From positions 96,001 through 160,000 of the forward strand of contig CBDCCS010000011.1 of assembly GCA_965214935.1 (NCBI GenBank): a stretch of 64,000 nucleotides of DNA, in the 5' to 3' direction. Shown piece after piece: positions 59,342 through 64,000 of this stretch. The translations under genes and the position numbers were made by a program. Origin of the DNA: Candidatus Velthaea sp. Lineage in GTDB: Bacteria > Vulcanimicrobiota > Vulcanimicrobiia > Vulcanimicrobiales > Vulcanimicrobiaceae. Each line of letters begins with the position of its first letter. Position 1 is the first letter of the stretch. The notes below the pieces were generated by a model, which had not been told where the DNA came from, searched no databases, and saw nothing but the letters and a program-made list of their open reading frames with translations.

Positions 59342-61323
59342 TTCGCTTTACGCACGACGCGCCGTTTTTCCAGTTATGGCGCGACGTCGAACTGCTCGAC
59401 GCCTTAGCGCAGCCGCAGTATTGTACGACCGCGCGTTACGAGCCGCTGCTGCATCTGTCGCAAGGCTCCGGTCAGATCGATCTGCTATTCGAACACGAAT
59501 CGCAGTGCTGCGTGCTTGCGGGCCTGCGGCTCGATGCTCGTAATCTGATCGTGCGTGAACGGTCGCCGTTTATTTGGCCGGCGTTCGTCGCCGCGGCGGT
59601 CGGCGCCGAGCGCCTCGCGGCGCTCGAAAGCCATGTGTTGCCATGGCTGCGTTCGATCGCACGCGGCCGTTCCATGGCACATGAAACGATTCGCCGCTAC
59701 CGGAGCAGCGAACGCTTCGAGCGCGCGCGCCGCGACGGCTTACTCGGCGCAGCCCCGTTAGCGACCTGTATCGCGCGCATGGCGCCGTTCTTTTATGCGC
59801 GCCGCTTTGCCGCCGGCGCCGAGGTTGCCGTCGCATGTGACGACGCCGCGCTGGCCTACGCGATGATCCACGATATCGCCGCCGCCGTCGTCGTCCTCGC
59901 CGATGGCGAGCCGGCGGCTCGAGCGAGCTTTGCTTACGAATGGTACGGCGTCCGCGCAGCGTCGTCGCCGCGCGCCGTCCGGCCCGACGTCGTGCTGACG
60001 GATCGGCACCCGGTGCAGACGGCGCCGGTCGTGATCGACGTCGCGCCGGCGGCGGCCGGAGCGGGCGTCAACGTCGACATCCCGGCACCGGTACCCTGGG
60101 ATTTGCTCTTTGGATTCGATGCCGCCGATGCGCCGCCGATCGGCCGCTTTTCGGTTGTTGCAGTCGAGCCGCCGCTACGCACGCCGGCCGATTTGCCGGC
60201 GGTGCGCATTGTCGGCGGGTCGGCGGGCTCGATCGCGCTTGCCGTGCGGTCCGACGCGGCAGCGACTCACGGAGCCGACCTGCACGACGCAAAGCAGTTT
60301 GCAGCGCGCTTACAAGCTGAGGGTTTTTCCGCGCAGATCGTCAGCGACCCGGCGGCTTTCGCGCCGGTGAATCTCGTGCACATTTTTGGATCGCCGTACG
60401 ATGAACACTGCATCGCGTTTGCCGAACGGGCGCGCGAACGCGCGACGGATTACGTGTTCGACCTGCCGCCGCTGCCGGACGATCCGTCGACGTATGTCCA
60501 GACGATGCTGCCGCTGGTGTGCCGTTCGTCGTTCGATGAAGCGGACTTTTCGCTGTATCTGCGCGCCTATACCGAGCGCAGCTTGACCGGACCCTTGCCG
60601 GCTGATGCCGGCCGGGCGGTCTTCGACGGCAGACGCGCGCGCTTCGCCGAACTGGCCGCCGGTGCGCTCGCGGTTTTGGCCGCGCCCGAAGATCTTGCTT
60701 TGCTGCGAGCCATGCTACCGCCGAGCGTTGCGGCTCGCCTCGCAAGCCGGTCTGCTTTCAGCACGCCGGAGCCGCCGGCCGCTCGAATCGGGCACATCGT
60801 TCCGGCGCGACCGTTTGCATTCGTGCACGGGACGATCGGCGCGGATTCCAACGCACTCTTTGCGGCGCTTGCATGCGAGCGGCACGCGCTGCCGATCGTC
60901 ATCGCCGGGCCGACCTTCGATGTAACGTACCTGCAACTCTTGCGGCTTAAAGCGCCGTCGGCGATCGTGCTTGCCGATCCCGACCCGGCGATCGTCTCGG
61001 CGTTATACCGGCGCGCAGCGGTCTGGGTCGATCCGGCACCGCATGCCCGCAGTGCTGCGGCTTTGCTGCGCGCCGTCGCGTGCGGAGCCGTGCCGGTGCT
61101 GGCCGACGAATCGCCGCTGGTCCGATCCGCGCCGGCCGGCGTGCCGCTGTTTTCACTGCGCTCGTTCGATGATTGCGCGCGCGTCGTCCGCGAATCGCTG
61201 CAACGCACCGACCGCGCCGAATGTATCGCCCGATTGCAAGCAGCGATCGAAACGCGGCGCGATCCAAATGCGGCGTTTGCCGCCATTATGGCAGCGTATT
61301 TGCGTGCGCCCGCAGCGGTCTAG
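59338..61323 (+). CDS. Degenerate GT4-like (GT-B) protein with unknown N-terminal domain
   Basis: R.D....GAD......L..EG, LVH.F, P.VIAG, LY..A.V.V.P, A.ACG patterns. Confidence 0.55.
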   Translation: MIRFTHDAPFFQLWRDVELLDALAQPQYCTTARYEPLLHLSQGSGQIDLLFEHESQCCVLAGLRLDARNLIVRERSPFIWPAFVAAAVGAERLAALESHVLPWLRSIARGRSMAHETIRRYRSSERFERARRDGLLGAAPLATCIARMAPFFYARRFAAGAEVAVACDDAALAYAMIHDIAAAVVVLADGEPAARASFAYEWYGVRAASSPRAVRPDVVLTDRHPVQTAPVVIDVAPAAAGAGVNVDIPAPVPWDLLFGFDAADAPPIGRFSVVAVEPPLRTPADLPAVRIVGGSAGSIALAVRSDAAATHGADLHDAKQFAARLQAEGFSAQIVSDPAAFAPVNLVHIFGSPYDEHCIAFAERARERATDYVFDLPPLPDDPSTYVQTMLPLVCRSSFDEADFSLYLRAYTERSLTGPLPADAGRAVFDGRRARFAELAAGALAVLAAPEDLALLRAMLPPSVAARLASRSAFSTPEPPAARIGHIVPARPFAFVHGTIGADSNALFAALACERHALPIVIAGPTFDVTYLQLLRLKAPSAIVLADPDPAIVSALYRRAAVWVDPAPHARSAAALLRAVACGAVPVLADESPLVRSAPAGVPLFSLRSFDDCARVVRESLQRTDRAECIARLQAAIETRRDPNAAFAAIMAAYLRAPAAV

Positions 61324-61326
61324 CGG

Positions 61327-63054
61327 CTAGCGAGTAAACAGCAGTTCGCGCGCGCGCTCGGGTTGCAGGGCCAAAGCTTGCGCGCGATTCGCGATAAAAT
61401 CCAGCGTCGAACGCTGTTGGTCGAGAATGCTCGGGCGGTTCGCGACCCGGTGGGCCAGCCGAGCGTAAATGCGGCCGTGCGCCGTTACGAAATTTTGCTG
61501 TTGCGTCAAGGTCATGTTGCCGTCGCGGCCGCTGTCCCAGCGCCATGAGTATTCGCACGTTGCGCGATCGATATGCACGACCGTCCCGGTCTGCGCAACG
61601 CGCGTCCACATCTCCCAGTCATCGCAAACCGCGAACGATTCATCGAAGCGGCCGAAACGCTCGAACACGTCGCGCCGGTGAACGATGCTGTGAATCGGCG
61701 CGATGTTGCTGACCAGCAGCGTGTCCGGATCAAAATCGCGATCGAGGTACATGGTAATATCGAGGACGCGTTTGTTCGTTCCGTCGGTCTCGGCATATTC
61801 CGCCACGCAGTTCGTATAGACGAGATCCGCGCCGCTGCACGCGAGCGTTTCGGCGCACCGTGCGATGTGGTCGGGATACAGGACGTCGTCATCGTCGAGA
61901 TAAGCGATGAAATCACCGGCTGCCGCAGCCGCGCCTAAATTAGACGATTCGCTAATGAACGTTCGTCTGCCGGCATCGACGTAAACGATCGGCAGCCGGT
62001 TCTCGAAACGCCCGAGCAGCGGCCGAATGTCGGGGCCGCCGCCGTTGACGACGATTGCTTCGAGCGGGCGGTACTGCTGCGCTGCAATCGACTCGAGCGC
62101 CCGAAGCAGCAATTGCGGACGGTCGAACGTGCGCACGATGACCGACACGAGCGGACCGCTGCGATACTGCGAGGCCTGCCGCTTAAGCGCTTGGGCCGGA
62201 TCCTGCGCGGTCCGCAGAGTTGCCGTATCGGGTGCCCGCTCGGTCAAGGCGGCGCTTACGGCGCGGCGCATCGAACGTGCGTCAATCTCGTCGTAGACAC
62301 GGGCATGCCCGCGCTCGTCGGCACCGCCGAGGCGCGGCGCAACGACGCGAAAGCCGCTTGCCGCAACTGCGGCGCTGCGTATGGGACGCCACCACTCCGG
62401 ACAGACGACGGCCGCGACGTCGCTTTGAATTGCCGGAGCATCGCCGGCGGCGACGATGTCGATGCGCGCGGCGCAACCCTCGAGAGCAAGCTCGGTCAGG
62501 TGCAACCGATTGCGCGCCGACGACGGTGCAAAGATACAGATCGCCGGACTGCCGCCGCGATCTGCCGCGGCCCGCGGTTCGGGCAGCGGAACAAACGTGA
62601 AGCGCGTCAACTCGCGGCCGAGAAAACGTTGAAAGCGCTGCCGCTCGGCTTCGGTTGCGAACAGCATGAGGTCGGCGAGTTTACAGACGAACGATGCGAC
62701 GGAGCGCAGCCGTTCATCGAGCGGCGTGAAGTCTGCCAGCCGGCCGCCGTTGACCCGGATCTTATCTTCGCCCAACGCGCGCAGCATCGTCCGGCGGCCG
62801 TCGATGTCCGGGAGACTTGCAATATGGGTTGCTATATCGGCAACGGCGGCTTCATACGGATCGTCGAGAACGGGATACAGCGCTACAAGCGTGCCGCTTC
62901 GGCGCGCGGCGATCAAGCGTTCGAGCGTCGCGCGCGGTGCGCCGAGATCGGCGGCAAGCAGCATGCTGCCGTCGTGTGTGCCGTCACACAAGCCGGCCAG
63001 CAGCGCGGTCTCCTCGGCGTAACGCCCGGCGTCCCAAAGCGCCTCGAAGATCAT
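61327..63054 (-). CDS. Glycosyltransferase with C-terminal GT2 domain
   Basis: PLVSVIVRT..RP.LL.RAL.SI..Q.Y, IAYLDDDD, FDE.....DWE.W.R. Confidence 0.88.
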   Translation of the reverse strand: MIFEALWDAGRYAEETALLAGLCDGTHDGSMLLAADLGAPRATLERLIAARRSGTLVALYPVLDDPYEAAVADIATHIASLPDIDGRRTMLRALGEDKIRVNGGRLADFTPLDERLRSVASFVCKLADLMLFATEAERQRFQRFLGRELTRFTFVPLPEPRAAADRGGSPAICIFAPSSARNRLHLTELALEGCAARIDIVAAGDAPAIQSDVAAVVCPEWWRPIRSAAVAASGFRVVAPRLGGADERGHARVYDEIDARSMRRAVSAALTERAPDTATLRTAQDPAQALKRQASQYRSGPLVSVIVRTFDRPQLLLRALESIAAQQYRPLEAIVVNGGGPDIRPLLGRFENRLPIVYVDAGRRTFISESSNLGAAAAAGDFIAYLDDDDVLYPDHIARCAETLACSGADLVYTNCVAEYAETDGTNKRVLDITMYLDRDFDPDTLLVSNIAPIHSIVHRRDVFERFGRFDESFAVCDDWEMWTRVAQTGTVVHIDRATCEYSWRWDSGRDGNMTLTQQQNFVTAHGRIYARLAHRVANRPSILDQQRSTLDFIANRAQALALQPERARELLFTR

Positions 63055-63087
63055 GCGCGGGTGCCGGGCGCCTTGCTTTGCAGGCGG

Positions 63088-64000
63088 TCAATCACCGAGT
63101 AACTGCCGTTTGAGGCGAATGCCGGCCATCGACTCGACATTCTGCCGTTCTTGCACGCCGAACCGGGATTCGACGACCGACAGATATGCAGCGTTGGTGA
63201 AATACGTCTGCCAAGCATCGTCGCGAAATTTGAGCACTTGCGCGGAACTCAAGTGTTTGGTCGGCAGCGGTTTACTTTCATAGGACAAGAATGCATAGCC
63301 GGCAGGCGAATCGGGCAAGGCCCAGCCGTTTGTTTTGGCGATGTGGTGCATCGGGCTGCCCGGGAGCGCCTGACACGGATACATGTTCGCCATCTCCGTG
63401 TTAAGTTCGAGCGCGAGATCGAGCGTCTGCTGCATCGTGTCGAACGTGTCGTCGGGGAAGCCGAAAATATAATTACTGATGATGTTGATGTCGGCATCAT
63501 GGATGAGCGTACAAACGTCGCGAATGTTGAGTTCCTTGAACGAACCCTTCGAGACTTGTTGACGTACGGACTGATTGCCGGCCTCGATTCCGAGCGCGAG
63601 CCAATTGACGCCGGCGCGTTTGAAGAGCGCCAACTGGTCGGAGCGCACGGTATCGATCCGCGAGTACGTCCACATGTTAAAACCGAAATCTGCATTGACG
63701 GCGTTTTCAAGCACCGGTACGTAGTATTTCCGATTCAGGAAAAACATCTCATCGCTGATCCGCAGCGTTTTGACGCCGAAGCCGGCGAGAATCGCCATTT
63801 GCCGGGCGACCCAGCCGGCACTCCAGAAGCGCATGCCGCGTGAGTGCGAGGCATTGACGTCGGCGCCGTTGTCGGTACGATTGACGATATTGATCATGCA
63901 AAAATCGCAGGCGAATTGACAGCCGAGCGACGTGTACATCGCGGCAAACGGCGTACGCTCGGAATGGTTGAATCCGGCGTGCCAAAAGTGCGCCCGGTAC
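63088..64000 (-). CDS. Radical SAM enzyme, probably cobalamin-binding class; N-terminus beyond right edge
   Basis: TSLGCQFACDFC (CxxxCxxC), DE.F, GIEAG, IFGFP.DT, PGSP; frame open to the edge. Confidence 0.85.
   Translation of the reverse strand, partial: YRAHFWHAGFNHSERTPFAAMYTSLGCQFACDFCMINIVNRTDNGADVNASHSRGMRFWSAGWVARQMAILAGFGVKTLRISDEMFFLNRKYYVPVLENAVNADFGFNMWTYSRIDTVRSDQLALFKRAGVNWLALGIEAGNQSVRQQVSKGSFKELNIRDVCTLIHDADINIISNYIFGFPDDTFDTMQQTLDLALELNTEMANMYPCQALPGSPMHHIAKTNGWALPDSPAGYAFLSYESKPLPTKHLSSAQVLKFRDDAWQTYFTNAAYLSVVESRFGVQERQNVESMAGIRLKRQLLGD

Noticed and set aside
62113..63102. 329-aa plus-strand ORF and similar long antisense ORFs throughout the window
   Set aside because: Shadow frames of well-supported genes, expected in GC-rich DNA

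Overview
GC-rich bacterial chromosomal window. It combines diderm features (flagellar P/L rings, MsbA-like exporter, LolA-like protein) with a Firmicutes-style flgM-flgN-flgK-flgL-fliW-csrA-flagellin gene order, which suggests a diderm Terrabacteria lineage such as Eremiobacterota (inference only). 1-3.9 kb is a minus-strand module: a GNAT, a MalT-like ATPase/LuxR regulator, two tandem 22-aa peptide genes missed by the ORF track (MELLMHIANIVAIAMHLPPACG and MELLVHVANIIAIAMHLPPACG), and an unknown ORF running off the left edge. This is the best candidate for an undescribed peptide-signalling or RiPP-like system. 4.2-35.7 kb is mostly housekeeping: tRNA-Gly, tRNA-Cys, hisF, hisIE, recG, rsmD, coaD, phoU, moaD, moaE, moeB, moaA, rfbC, queG. 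Oddities there include a TlpA/peptide-binding-protein fusion with a frameshift, a photolyase homologue with replaced catalytic residues, an orphan ATP-grasp-like enzyme and a recG without a canonical start codon. 35.7-55.7 kb is a flagellar cluster with an embedded Ser/Thr kinase, two flagellins sharing a structured 5' UTR, and sigma-28-like promoters. 56.7-64 kb is a glycosyltransferase/radical SAM island. No CRISPR array, rRNA or intact mobile element was seen. All calls come from reading motifs by eye; no database searches were run.
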